Origin: Elusimicrobia bacterium CG08_land_8_20_14_0_20_59_10
Lineage (GTDB): Bacteria; Elusimicrobiota; Elusimicrobia; Elusimicrobiales; UBA9959
Length of the DNA: 24,367 bases
Direction: 5' to 3'
Assembly (NCBI GenBank): GCA_002779045.1
Contig: PEXO01000210.1
Location: 1 to 24,367 of the forward strand
Position numbers and translations under genes: made by a program. Positions 1-8,300 of the stretch are shown here, piece by piece. The notes below the pieces were generated by a model that did no database searches, was not told where the DNA came from, and saw only the letters and a program-made list of their open reading frames with translations. Positions within the stretch are counted from its first letter, which is position 1, and every line of letters begins with the position of its first letter.

Positions 1-89
1 ACAGACCACCGGTATGCTCGTTCGTCGCGCCTCGCATCCGCCTCAAATCTGAGCCTCCAAATGCTTCAGTTATTTCGTTACGCTTCCTA
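1..89. mobile_element. Probable end of a MITE/REP-like insertion inside the PAS domain of the sensor gene (runs off window)
   Basis: On the minus strand the PAS-like sequence (KYRSLLDTLNDLVCNLGPDGRILYV) stops abruptly at a TA dinucleotide (89-88) and continues as TAGGAAGCGTAACGAAATAACTGAAGC..., where PAS similarity is lost and A/T-ending codons become more frequent. Resembles from memory TA-flanked miniature inverted-repeat elements; the second end is outside the window, so unconfirmed. Confidence 0.4.
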
Positions 90-1093
90 ACATAGAGTAT
101 CCTGCCGTCCGGCCCCAGGTTGCAGACCAGGTCGTTGAGCGTATCCAGCAGGGACCGGTATTTCTGTTCCTCCGCCGCCTTCCGGCTTTCGGCCAGCTTG
201 TTCTTGAGGATGAGCGAATATACGCGCGCCAACTTTCTTGCGGTTTCCAGGTCCGCTTTGTTGTAGCCGGCCGGCGAGTTGGCCAGGGCCAGTATCCCCA
301 GCACGTTCTCCCCGGCCAGGGCCGGTACGGCCAGGAAAGAGCTTATTTTTATGTGACCCGCGGGAACCCCGCCGGAGCGCGGATCGGCGGCCGCGGTATT
401 GGTCAGCAGCGGCTTTTTGTTCTTCAGTACCCAGCCCCACAGGCCGTTGAACTCTTTGAAGATGAAATTCTTCTTTTTTACACGGCAGTCCTTCCAGACG
501 TTATCGGTCAGGGTGGGTATATGCAGGTGGCCGGTGGCGGGCTCTATATGGCCGGCGAAACCGAAGGGGCTGTTGGTAAGGCGGCGCGCTTCGTCGAGGA
601 CGGTGCGGGAAGCCTCCTCCATGGTAATTTCGGGCAGGGAGAGGAAAACCTCTTCCAGGTGCGTGGTGGCGTCAGCTGTGTCGCGTTCGCGCGTGAGCAG
701 CCTTTCCCTGTCTTCGTACGACAGCCTTCCGCTTATGGCCTTCGCCGCCGCCGTCAGCAAGCGCTTGACGGCGGCCCGTTCTCTGCCGGCGCCGGGTCTC
801 GCCAGCAGGCAGCCGCCCGTTCCCGCGCCGTCTATCCCCGCCGAAATCAACTCTTCCGGTAACTTTCGCTTTCCCCGGCTGATTTCCAGCAGCCTGGCGT
901 GTTCTTCTAGCGTGAAATTTTCCGCGAGGTCGAAGCCCGGGGTGTTCTCCCCGGGCGCGATTATCAGCGCCAGGGCGGCATCCGGGCCGGACGCGTCCGA
1001 CCCGCGCAGCGTCTTCATCACGCGGCGCAGGAAAGCGTCGAAGTTGTCAGGAAGGCCTGCCGCCTCCAGCAGTTTCTCTATCGAAGTATTCAT
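1..1093 (-). CDS. GAF + PAS signal-transduction protein, N-terminal part (3' end outside window); probably a sensor kinase or similar
   Basis: Manually translated: ATG at 1093 (MNTSIEKLLEAAG...) and no stop down to base 1. GAF-like segment FGFAGHIEPATGHL...FNGLWGWVLKNKKPLLTNTAAADPRSGGVPAGHIKISSFLAVPALAGENVLGILALAN, then PAS start EQKYRSLLDTLNDLVCNLGPDGRILYV. Lies 36 nt after the response-regulator stop on the same strand. Missing from the ORF track because there is no in-window stop. Confidence 0.8.
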   Translation of the reverse strand, partial: MNTSIEKLLEAAGLPDNFDAFLRRVMKTLRGSDASGPDAALALIIAPGENTPGFDLAENFTLEEHARLLEISRGKRKLPEELISAGIDGAGTGGCLLARPGAGRERAAVKRLLTAAAKAISGRLSYEDRERLLTRERDTADATTHLEEVFLSLPEITMEEASRTVLDEARRLTNSPFGFAGHIEPATGHLHIPTLTDNVWKDCRVKKKNFIFKEFNGLWGWVLKNKKPLLTNTAAADPRSGGVPAGHIKISSFLAVPALAGENVLGILALANSPAGYNKADLETARKLARVYSLILKNKLAESRKAAEEQKYRSLLDTLNDLVCNLGPDGRILYVRKRNEITEAFGGSDLRRMRGATNEHTGGL

Positions 1094-1129
1094 CGTTCCC
1101 GACCGGGCGGCAGACTAGTTCACGGGCTT

Positions 1130-1816
1130 TTACTCGAACTTGTAACCGTGGCCCGCCACGGCTATTATGCGTTTGGCGAAACTACCCGTTTTTTTCCTGA
1201 GATTGGATATGTGCACTTCCACGGTGTGCGGGTTATTGTAATCCGCCGTGTTGTAGCCCCAGACCGTCTCCAGCAGGCCGGTAAGGCTCAGCAGCCGCCC
1301 GGGGTTGGAAACCAGAGCCGTCAGCAGGTCGAATTCCTTGGAGGTGAGTTTTACCGGCTTTCCTTTTATCTTTACGGCCCGGCCTTCCAGGTCCATTTCC
1401 AGGTCGCCTTTTTTCAGGCGGGCTTCCTTCTTTGAGCCGCGCGCGGACCTGCGGATCACCGCTTTTACCTTGGCCAGCAGCAGGGGGTAGGAGAAGGGTT
1501 TTGTTACATAGTCGTCGGCGCCGAAGGTATAGCCTGAGACCATATCAGCTTCCGAGATCTTCTTGCCGGACATTATGATCAGAGGAATGCCCGCCGTTGC
1601 GCGGCCTTCTTTTATCCTGCGGCAGAGGGTAAAGCCGTCCATGCGCGGCATATCCACGTCCGTTATTATCACATCGGGTTTTCCGGCGGGGACCGCGGCC
1701 AGCGCCTGTACGCCGTCGGCGGCCGTCAGGGCCTCGAAACCGTGGTTTTCCAGGTATTTTTTCAGGATGGACAGCAGTTCGTCGTCGTCGTCGACAATAA
1801 GCGCGCGTTCTTTCAT
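1130..1816 (-). CDS. OmpR/PhoB-family DNA-binding response regulator
   Basis: Receiver (LIVDDD, ITDVDMPRMDG, ADDYVTKPF) plus winged-helix domain (LTSKEFDLL, VWG, TVEVHISNLRKK, GHGYKF); 228 aa. Confidence 0.95.
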   Translation of the reverse strand: MKERALIVDDDDELLSILKKYLENHGFEALTAADGVQALAAVPAGKPDVIITDVDMPRMDGFTLCRRIKEGRATAGIPLIIMSGKKISEADMVSGYTFGADDYVTKPFSYPLLLAKVKAVIRRSARGSKKEARLKKGDLEMDLEGRAVKIKGKPVKLTSKEFDLLTALVSNPGRLLSLTGLLETVWGYNTADYNNPHTVEVHISNLRKKTGSFAKRIIAVAGHGYKFE

Positions 1817-1944
1817 TTCTTAACCCCTTTTACGGCGTTTAGAAAATTATATACAAAAAAGCGCCCCGCCGGAATGATCATGATGTTCTGACAGTATGCC
1901 TTACTGGGATGCGTCATTTGTTGTGCCCGGCGGGGCTTAAATTT

Positions 1945-2035
1945 AGCCAGCGCTGCAGGATGCTAGAGCAAGGGGCCCGAAGGCCCCGAGTCTTGGGGGT
2001 TGGGTTAGGGGGGCGCACCTCACAGCGCTGGGGAT
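1945..2035 (-). repeat. Conserved structured element, copy 1 (91 nt); candidate sRNA 3' domain
   Basis: Near-identical to 2174-2265 (39-nt identical block 1961-1999 vs 2190-2228). Minus strand folds: CCAGCGCUG/CAGCGCUGG outer stem, C-rich internal segment, GGGGC-C(UUCG)G-GCCCC hairpin. Confidence 0.85.
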
Positions 2036-2077
2036 TCGTTGAATTTGTAAAAGAACAGTACGACTTGCGACACTTAA

Positions 2078-2131
2078 AGTATAGTAAAGAGCGTTCAAGA
2101 AACGTTCAAATGCAGCTCAAAAGACGCTCAA
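2078..2131 (-). promoter_or_regulatory. -10 TATACT preceded by four 11-bp-period direct repeats, unit 1
   Basis: Plus-strand AGTATA at 2078-2083, a 9-nt gap, then GTTCAA 2093, GTTCAA 2104, GCTCAA 2115, GCTCAA 2126. Confidence 0.6.
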
Positions 2132-2173
2132 TATCAGCCTGGTCTTTAGACCGCAAAGTTTCATCTATAAATC

Positions 2174-2265
2174 AGCCAGCGCCGCACGGTGCTAGAGCAA
2201 GGGGCCCGAAGGCCCCGAGTCTTGGGGGGTTTGGGTTAGGGGGCGCACCGCACAGCGCTGGGGAT
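2174..2265 (-). repeat. Conserved structured element, copy 2 (92 nt); candidate sRNA 3' domain
   Basis: Direct repeat of 1945-2035, offset 229 nt; same stems, inner stem CGGUGC/GCACCG perfect in this copy. Confidence 0.85.
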
Positions 2266-2331
2266 CTTGTGCCGTACCTGGACCAGGTCCATCGGACGGC
2301 TGTTTTTTAGAGAGCTTCCTGCTGCCTTTAT

Positions 2332-2385
2332 AGTATAACAAGGCGGGTTCAGGAATCGTTCAATTGCGGCTCAAAAGATGTTCAA
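2332..2385 (-). promoter_or_regulatory. Extended -10 (TGnTATACT) preceded by four 11-bp-period direct repeats, unit 2
   Basis: Plus-strand AGTATA at 2332-2337, a 9-nt gap, then GTTCAG 2347, GTTCAA 2358, GCTCAA 2369, GTTCAA 2380; geometry identical to unit 1. Confidence 0.6.
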
Positions 2386-2542
2386 TAATCCCCGGCGGAA
2401 CTTTTACTGCGGGAAAGCCGCCGCGCGCGGCCTGTAATTTTCTAAAATATACATAATGCGCGGCAGGGTGTAGCGGCTCCGCTGGTAATACGCCGCCTGC
2501 GGCAGGGGCCCGGCCCCGCGGTATTCCCGGCGATAGAAAAAT

Positions 2543-4618
2543 ATGGCCTCCATACAGTTCTTAAAAGGCATAGGTCCCAAAAAGGCGGAGCTCTTCGCGC
2601 GCCTCGGCCTGGAAACGCTCGACGACCTGCTTTTTAATTTCCCGCGTAAATGGGAGGACCGCCGCCTGCCCGGAAAAAAAGAACCTCTCCCTTTCGTGGA
2701 AGACGCCCCGGTCCTGAAAGGAAAGATAAAGACCGTCCGCGACCTCTACACCTCCGGCCGGCTGCGTATTTTTAAGCTTACCCTGGAGACCCGCTACGGC
2801 GAGGCCGAGGCCAGCTTCTTCAAGCGGCACAGCCCGCGCTTCGACGTCTTTGCCGGGCTGCGCAAGGACCTGCGGGAAGGCCGCACCGTCTGGATAACCG
2901 GTACGCCCGAAGACCCGCTCTTCATGAGCCGCGTGCGCGCCGACGAGTATTACCTTGACGATGACGTCCGCGCCCTGAAGATGCATGTGGGCCGGCTGGT
3001 GCCCGTCTACCCGCTGACCGAGGGCCTTACCGCCAGGATGATGCGCGAAGCTGTTTATACCGCGGCAGCCTCCCTGGCCGAAACCGTAGGCGAATTCCTG
3101 CCGCCGGACCTGGCCGCCCGGCGCGGTCTGGCCGCGCGGGACCTGGCCGCCCGCGCCATACATTTCCCGGAGAATAATTTCGAGCTGGTGCAGGCCCGCC
3201 GCCGCTTCATCTACGAAGAGCTGCTGCTGCTGGCGCTGGCCTGGGCCATAAAACGGCGCCAGACCCGCAGCGTGGAAAAAAACTTCACCTACGAGATAAA
3301 GAAAACCCTCCTCACCCCTTTCCGGCAAAACCTCGGCTTCAGCCTTACCGCCGCGCAGGCGCATGCCATAAACGAGATCTTCGCCGACATGCAGGCCCCC
3401 GTGCCCATGGCGCGCCTGCTGGAAGGCGACGTAGGCTCGGGCAAGACGGTGGTGGCACTTTCGGCCATGCTGCTGGCGGCCGAGAACGGCGGACAGAGCG
3501 TGTTCGCCGCCCCTACGGAAATACTGGCCGAGCAACACCACTTTACTTTCGAGAAATTCCTGAAAGGCCTGGGATTGCGCTTCGCGCTGCTGACAGGCCG
3601 TATGAAGGGCGCCGTCAGGAAAAAGCTGCTGGAAGAGCTGGCGGAGGGAAAAATAGACATCCTGATAGGCACGCATGCCGTTATAGGTGCAGGCGTGAAG
3701 TTTAAGAACCTGCGGCTGGTGGTGGTGGACGAACAGCACCGTTTCGGCGTGCGGCAGCGCGCGGCGCTCCGGGCCAAGGGCGACCGGGTCGACATGCTTA
3801 TTATGACCGCCACGCCCATACCGCGCACGCTCTTCCTGGCGCTGTACGGCGACCTGGACCTGTCGGTCATAAAGGAAATGCCGCCGGGGCGCAAGCCGGT
3901 GAAGACCACCGAGGCCGGGGAGGAAATAGCCTTCCGCGCCGCAGCCGACGAGGCCGCCAAAGGCCGGCAGGTATATATCGTCTACCCCGTAATAGAGGAG
4001 ACGCAGGACGCGGACATGAAGTCCGTCAAGGCGGAGTTCGCGCGGCTGCAGGCCCTGTTCAAGGGGCGGAAGGTGGATATGCTGCACGGCCGCCTGCCCT
4101 CCGAGCTGAAGAAGCAGGTGATGGAGGATTTCGCGGCCGGCCGCACGGATATTCTGGTGGCTACGCAGGTGATAGAGGTGGGGATCGATGTTCCCAATGC
4201 CACGCTGATGGTGATAAACAATGCCGAGCGCTTTGGCCTGGCGAGCCTGCACCAGCTGCGCGGCCGGGTGGGGCGCGGGCGCTGGGATTCGCGCTGCCTG
4301 CTGGTGCCGTATGCGCGCACGGGGGATTCGGCCGAGCGCCTGCGGGCCATGGTGCAGACTTCCAACGGCTTCGAGCTGAGTGAAAGGGATATATATATAA
4401 GGGGCGCGGGCGAGATCCTGGGGCTGCGCCAGCATGGCGACATGGACCTGAAGCTGGCGGATATGTCGCGCGATAAGGAGATACTTGAACAGGCCATAGA
4501 GGACCGCGAGGCCATCCTGGCCGCCGACCCCGACCTGCAAACCCGCCCCAATGCCGGCCTCCGCCGTAAACTGCACGATCTCTACGCCGAGCGCTGGAAC
4601 CTGATAGATCTTTCCTGA
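2543..4618 (+). CDS. recG: ATP-dependent DNA helicase RecG
   Basis: N-terminal LKGIGPKKAELFARLGLETLDDLLFNFPRKWEDR; Walker A GDVGSGKT; DEQHRFG; TATPIPRTL; QLRGRVGRG; RGAGEILGLRQHG. Confidence 0.97.
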   Translation: MASIQFLKGIGPKKAELFARLGLETLDDLLFNFPRKWEDRRLPGKKEPLPFVEDAPVLKGKIKTVRDLYTSGRLRIFKLTLETRYGEAEASFFKRHSPRFDVFAGLRKDLREGRTVWITGTPEDPLFMSRVRADEYYLDDDVRALKMHVGRLVPVYPLTEGLTARMMREAVYTAAASLAETVGEFLPPDLAARRGLAARDLAARAIHFPENNFELVQARRRFIYEELLLLALAWAIKRRQTRSVEKNFTYEIKKTLLTPFRQNLGFSLTAAQAHAINEIFADMQAPVPMARLLEGDVGSGKTVVALSAMLLAAENGGQSVFAAPTEILAEQHHFTFEKFLKGLGLRFALLTGRMKGAVRKKLLEELAEGKIDILIGTHAVIGAGVKFKNLRLVVVDEQHRFGVRQRAALRAKGDRVDMLIMTATPIPRTLFLALYGDLDLSVIKEMPPGRKPVKTTEAGEEIAFRAAADEAAKGRQVYIVYPVIEETQDADMKSVKAEFARLQALFKGRKVDMLHGRLPSELKKQVMEDFAAGRTDILVATQVIEVGIDVPNATLMVINNAERFGLASLHQLRGRVGRGRWDSRCLLVPYARTGDSAERLRAMVQTSNGFELSERDIYIRGAGEILGLRQHGDMDLKLADMSRDKEILEQAIEDREAILAADPDLQTRPNAGLRRKLHDLYAERWNLIDLS

Positions 4619-4754
4619 AAGGCGCGGCTCCGGCGCCCCTTTGGGCAACCGTCACAAACTTGAAACATAAATTCTTAGCGCTGATTCTGCACGCGATTTA
4701 ACGCTGACATATAATTCGTATTTAATGTCAACAGGTATTTTCATAGGGGAGCAC

Positions 4755-4783
4755 TTTACATGTTTTTTACTTTAGTGTAAAAT
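4755..4783 (+). promoter_or_regulatory. sigma70-type promoter of the nrdR-nrdD-nrdG-dut operon
   Basis: TTTACA (4755-4760), 17 nt, TAAAAT (4778-4783); lies directly upstream of the NrdR boxes. Confidence 0.6.
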
Positions 4784-4790
4784 AATCACG

Positions 4791-4837
4791 CTACTACTAA
4801 TAGTGGTGGGGTCAGTCTGAAACACAACGTATAGTAG
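4791..4837 (+). promoter_or_regulatory. Tandem NrdR boxes
   Basis: CTACTACTAATAGTGG (4791-4806) and ACACAACGTATAGTAG (4822-4837) both fit the acaCwAtATaTwGtgt consensus at the core positions; starts are 31 bp apart, the known tandem NrdR-box spacing; upstream of nrdR-nrdD. Confidence 0.75.
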
Positions 4838-4915
4838 TTCGGCCGGCTGCCGGGGATAGTATAGTAAAGGCGCCGTCTCGGGGGCCTTTCGGCCGGAAGT
4901 TAAGGGAAAACAGCG

Positions 4916-5365
4916 ATGAAATGTCCTTTTTGCGGCGCGGAAGAGACCAAAGTCACGGACAGCCGCGACTCGTCCGAGGCCTTTGAAATAAGGCGGCGGC
5001 GCGAATGTGAGAAGTGCCAGAAACGGTTCACGACTTACGAGCGCATAGAGTCCCACCCGCTGGTAGTGATAAAAAAGGACGGCCGGCGCGAGGGCTTTTC
5101 CGTGGAAAAGCTGATGAGCGGCATCGTGAAATCCTGCCAGAAGCGGGAAGTTAGCGTGGAAAAAATGGAGGAGGCGGGGCGGGAGATCGAGAGTTCACTG
5201 AGGAACGAGGACAAAAGCGAGATCCCCAGCGGCGTTATAGGGGAGCTGGTGGCCAAAAAACTCAAGAGACTCGACAAGGTCGCGTACATACGGTTCGCAT
5301 CCATCTATAAGGATTTCGAGGATGTCACCGATTTCGAAAGAGAGATCAAATTAATAAAGAGATAG
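4916..5365 (+). CDS. nrdR: Transcriptional repressor NrdR
   Basis: MKCPFC...DSR...IRRRRECEKCQKRFTTYERIE zinc ribbon plus ATP-cone (VIKKDGRREGF...LDKVAYIRFASIY). Confidence 0.98.
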   Translation: MKCPFCGAEETKVTDSRDSSEAFEIRRRRECEKCQKRFTTYERIESHPLVVIKKDGRREGFSVEKLMSGIVKSCQKREVSVEKMEEAGREIESSLRNEDKSEIPSGVIGELVAKKLKRLDKVAYIRFASIYKDFEDVTDFEREIKLIKR

Positions 5366-5378
5366 GGGATATAAAGAA

Positions 5379-8300
5379 ATGAATGAATTTTTTCCTAAAG
5401 TGATAAAGAAACGTGACGGCAAAGTGGCGCAGTTCGACCTGGAGCGGACAAAAGCGGCCATCTTCAAGGCGGCCTATACGCTGGGCGGCCGCGACGAGGA
5501 GAAGGCCGTAGAGGTGGCCAACGAAGTGGCCCGCCGCCTCAACAACGAATTTACGCTCCGCAACCGCATCCCCAACGTGGACGACAGCAATACCATGTGC
5601 GTTACCGTCCTGCGCGAACGCGGCTTCGACCGCACCGCCGACAAGTTTGAATCCTACTCGCTGGACCGCAGCCGCGTGCGCCGCAGCGGCCTTACCGTCA
5701 AGAAGAAAAAGGGCAAAACCGACATCACAGACCAGATGCTGCTGGTGCAGTCCGTCACCAACGAGACCATAGAGCCGTTCGACCGGGCCAAGCTGGCCCA
5801 GGCCCTTGAGAGGGAGTACCAGCTTGCTCATGACCTGGCCGCCATGATAGCCAAGGAGACCGAGAACAACGCTTATGAGCTTTCCGAGAAGTACGGCACC
5901 AAGAGCTTCGACACGCAGTTCCTGCGCCGCATAGCCGAATCCCACCTGTCCATGATGGGCATCCCGCTCAAGAACTCGGCCCTGGTCATGCCCATCTCCA
6001 CCGTGGAGTCCCTGGTGATAGGCAACAGCAAGGAAAATTCCAACATCACCTCCAATAACCCCGAGGCGGTGAACCTCGGCATAGCCGAATACGTGCTGAA
6101 ACAATACAACCTGCGCAAGGTGTTCTCGGACGATGTTTCCGAGGCGCATAATAACGGCACCGTGCATATACATGACCTGGGCTACCCCCAGCGCGTGTAC
6201 TGCTCCAGCCATTCGGTGGAATACATAAAGAAGTACGGCCTGGACAAGATCGTTTCCAACCTGCAGAACAAGAGCCGTCCGGCCAAGTCCGCCATGGTCC
6301 TGAACGGCCACATCCAGACCTTCCTGGCGTCCATGCAGTCGCGCTACGCCGGCGCGCTCGGCTTCGGCTTCCTTAATATACTCTACGCGCCTATGCTTAA
6401 CTGCCCCGAAGTGATGATAGAGGGCGAGCTGGAAGGCAAGCCCGTGCGCCTGAAAAGCGATACGCTGGAAGCCATGCTGGAGGCCGGAACCGTCAGCTGC
6501 GCCGACGGCACACCCGTGCCGTACTTCCGCAAGACCGGGGAAGTGCGTGTGCTCAGCAGGCTCCCCCGCGCCGTGGTGCGCCAGATAGCGCAGAATCTCA
6601 TCTTTTCGGCCAGCCAGAACGCCTTCAGCCGCGGCGGCCAGACGCTCTTCATAGACTTCAATATCCACACCGGCGTGCCGCAGTATATGCACAATGTGCC
6701 GGCCATGGGGCCCGGCGGCAAGTATATGCTGGAGGATGCCGGCGGCAATATCGAGCTGGTGGACGAGGCGCCGCGCTTCAAGGGCGTGGAAGGCGACTCC
6801 CGCAACGGCGACGTGGTCCATCCCGCCGACGGGCGCAAGTTCATAACCTACGGCGACCCGCGGATGGTTAAAACTACTCAGGAATTCGCCATAGAGCTGA
6901 TGAAGGTGTGGGAGGACGGCGACAAGTACGGAGTACAGTTTGCTTTCCCCAAGTGCGACCTGCATGTAAGCCGCGAAGCGCTGGAGAATCCCGGCGAGCG
7001 CGAGGTCTACAATTACGGCTGCCGGCTGGCCGCCAAGAACGGCTCCACCTACTTCATGTTCGACCGCGACGGTGCCGGGGCGACCCTGGCGCAGTGCTGC
7101 CGCCTCAAGGAGAAGGTTACCGACCCGTTCCTGCTCAAGCACCCCGAGCGCATCCGCTTCACCGGCTTTCAGAACGTCACCATAAACCTGCCGCAGGCCG
7201 CCTTCAAGGGCAAGACGCTCCAGGGTACGCTCAAACAGATAAGCCGCGCCATGGACGTGGCTATGAAGGCCCACCTGCAGAAGAAGGACTATATCCGGAT
7301 GCTGCTCGATACCGACGGCAGCCCGCTGCGTTCGCTGGGTATCCCGTCCGACGACGGTACCCCGTACGTGGACCTGGATAAGGCCACCTATATAATAGGC
7401 TTGATCGGCCTCAACGAGGTGGTGCAGTATCTTACAGGCAAGGAGTTGCATGACGGCAAGGACGCCTACGAGACCGGCATACAGATAATAGACCACATGT
7501 ACCAGAAGGTCGCCAGTCTGAAGGCGCAGCACGGGCTAAAGATCACGCTGGAGGAGAGCCCCGCGGAATCGGCTACCCAGAAGCTGGCCAAGGGCGATAT
7601 GTTCCGCTATCCCGAAGCTAAAAAGGTGATCAAAGGCGACCTGAACAAGGCCCCTTACTACACCAATTCCGTGCATCTCAACCCCGGCGCGGATGTTTCC
7701 ATACTGGACCGTATAGAGCTGCAGTCCAGGTTCCACGAGATGATAGAGTCGGGTGCTATCATACATGTGTACTGCGGCGAGTCCCAGATCCCTCCGGAGT
7801 CCATAGCCGCGCTGGTGGAGAAGACTTATCTCAATACCCGCACCGCGCAGTTGACCGTCTCACCGGAGTTCACGCACTGCAATAACTGCCATTCCAACTA
7901 CTTCGGTTTCAAGAAGATCTGCGGCAAATGCGGCAGCGGGGATGTGACTCTGCGCACGAAGATAGTGGGTTATTTCTCCAACTTGAGCGGCTGGAACGAC
8001 TCCCAGCTGGAGATCAGCCGCGCCCGCGAGGCCTCGGCCCGGAACTATGCCAACTTCACTCCCGGAGTCAACTGGCTGCATGAGCCCGACCCTTCCAAGA
8101 AGGTGCTGGTGTTCGGCAAGCCCGGTTGTGGTATGTGTGAAGAGGCAAAGCTCAGCCTTACCAAGGCCCTTAAAGAAAAAGGCATAGAGATCCCGGTGGA
8201 GTTCCACGATCTCGGCACTCCGGAAGGGCGCCTGGAAGCCGCCCGCTGGAACGTGCCGCTGGACCCGATACCCACCGTGCTGGTGAAGAACAACGGCGGG

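Noticed and set aside
1995-2033. Telomere-like GGGTTAGGG / G-quadruplex on the plus strand (also 2224-2263)
   Set aside because: Only three closely spaced G-runs; the fourth is tied up in stems. More simply the complement of the C-rich tract of the minus-strand element.
1945-2265. Repeat pair as a CRISPR array
   Set aside because: Only two copies, ~91 nt long with a 138-nt gap, and no cas genes in the window.
1909-2310. 133-aa plus-strand ORF across the repeats, and an 18-aa minus-strand ORF (MDLVQVRHKIPSAVRCAP) in unit 2
   Set aside because: The long ORF has no RBS or motif and merely translates the repeats; the short one has no counterpart in unit 1.
2461-2520. GC-rich foldable recG leader as a riboswitch (faint ZTP-like 3' end)
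   Set aside because: The conserved P1/junction nucleotides are not recognisable; the pairing is explained by GC content.
2561-4648. 695-aa minus-strand ORF (and similar long antisense ORFs at 5346-7532, 13584-14549, 19337-20263)
   Set aside because: Each lies opposite a clearly recognisable gene; typical stop-poor shadow frames of GC-rich coding DNA with no motifs.
4705-4730. TGACAT-N14-ATGTCA inverted repeat
   Set aside because: Only 6-bp arms in AT-rich DNA, no matching regulator and no second copy seen.
6399-6846. NrdD insertions as inteins
   Set aside because: Too short and lacking the C-terminal His-Asn/Gln followed by Cys/Ser/Thr; no endonuclease motifs.
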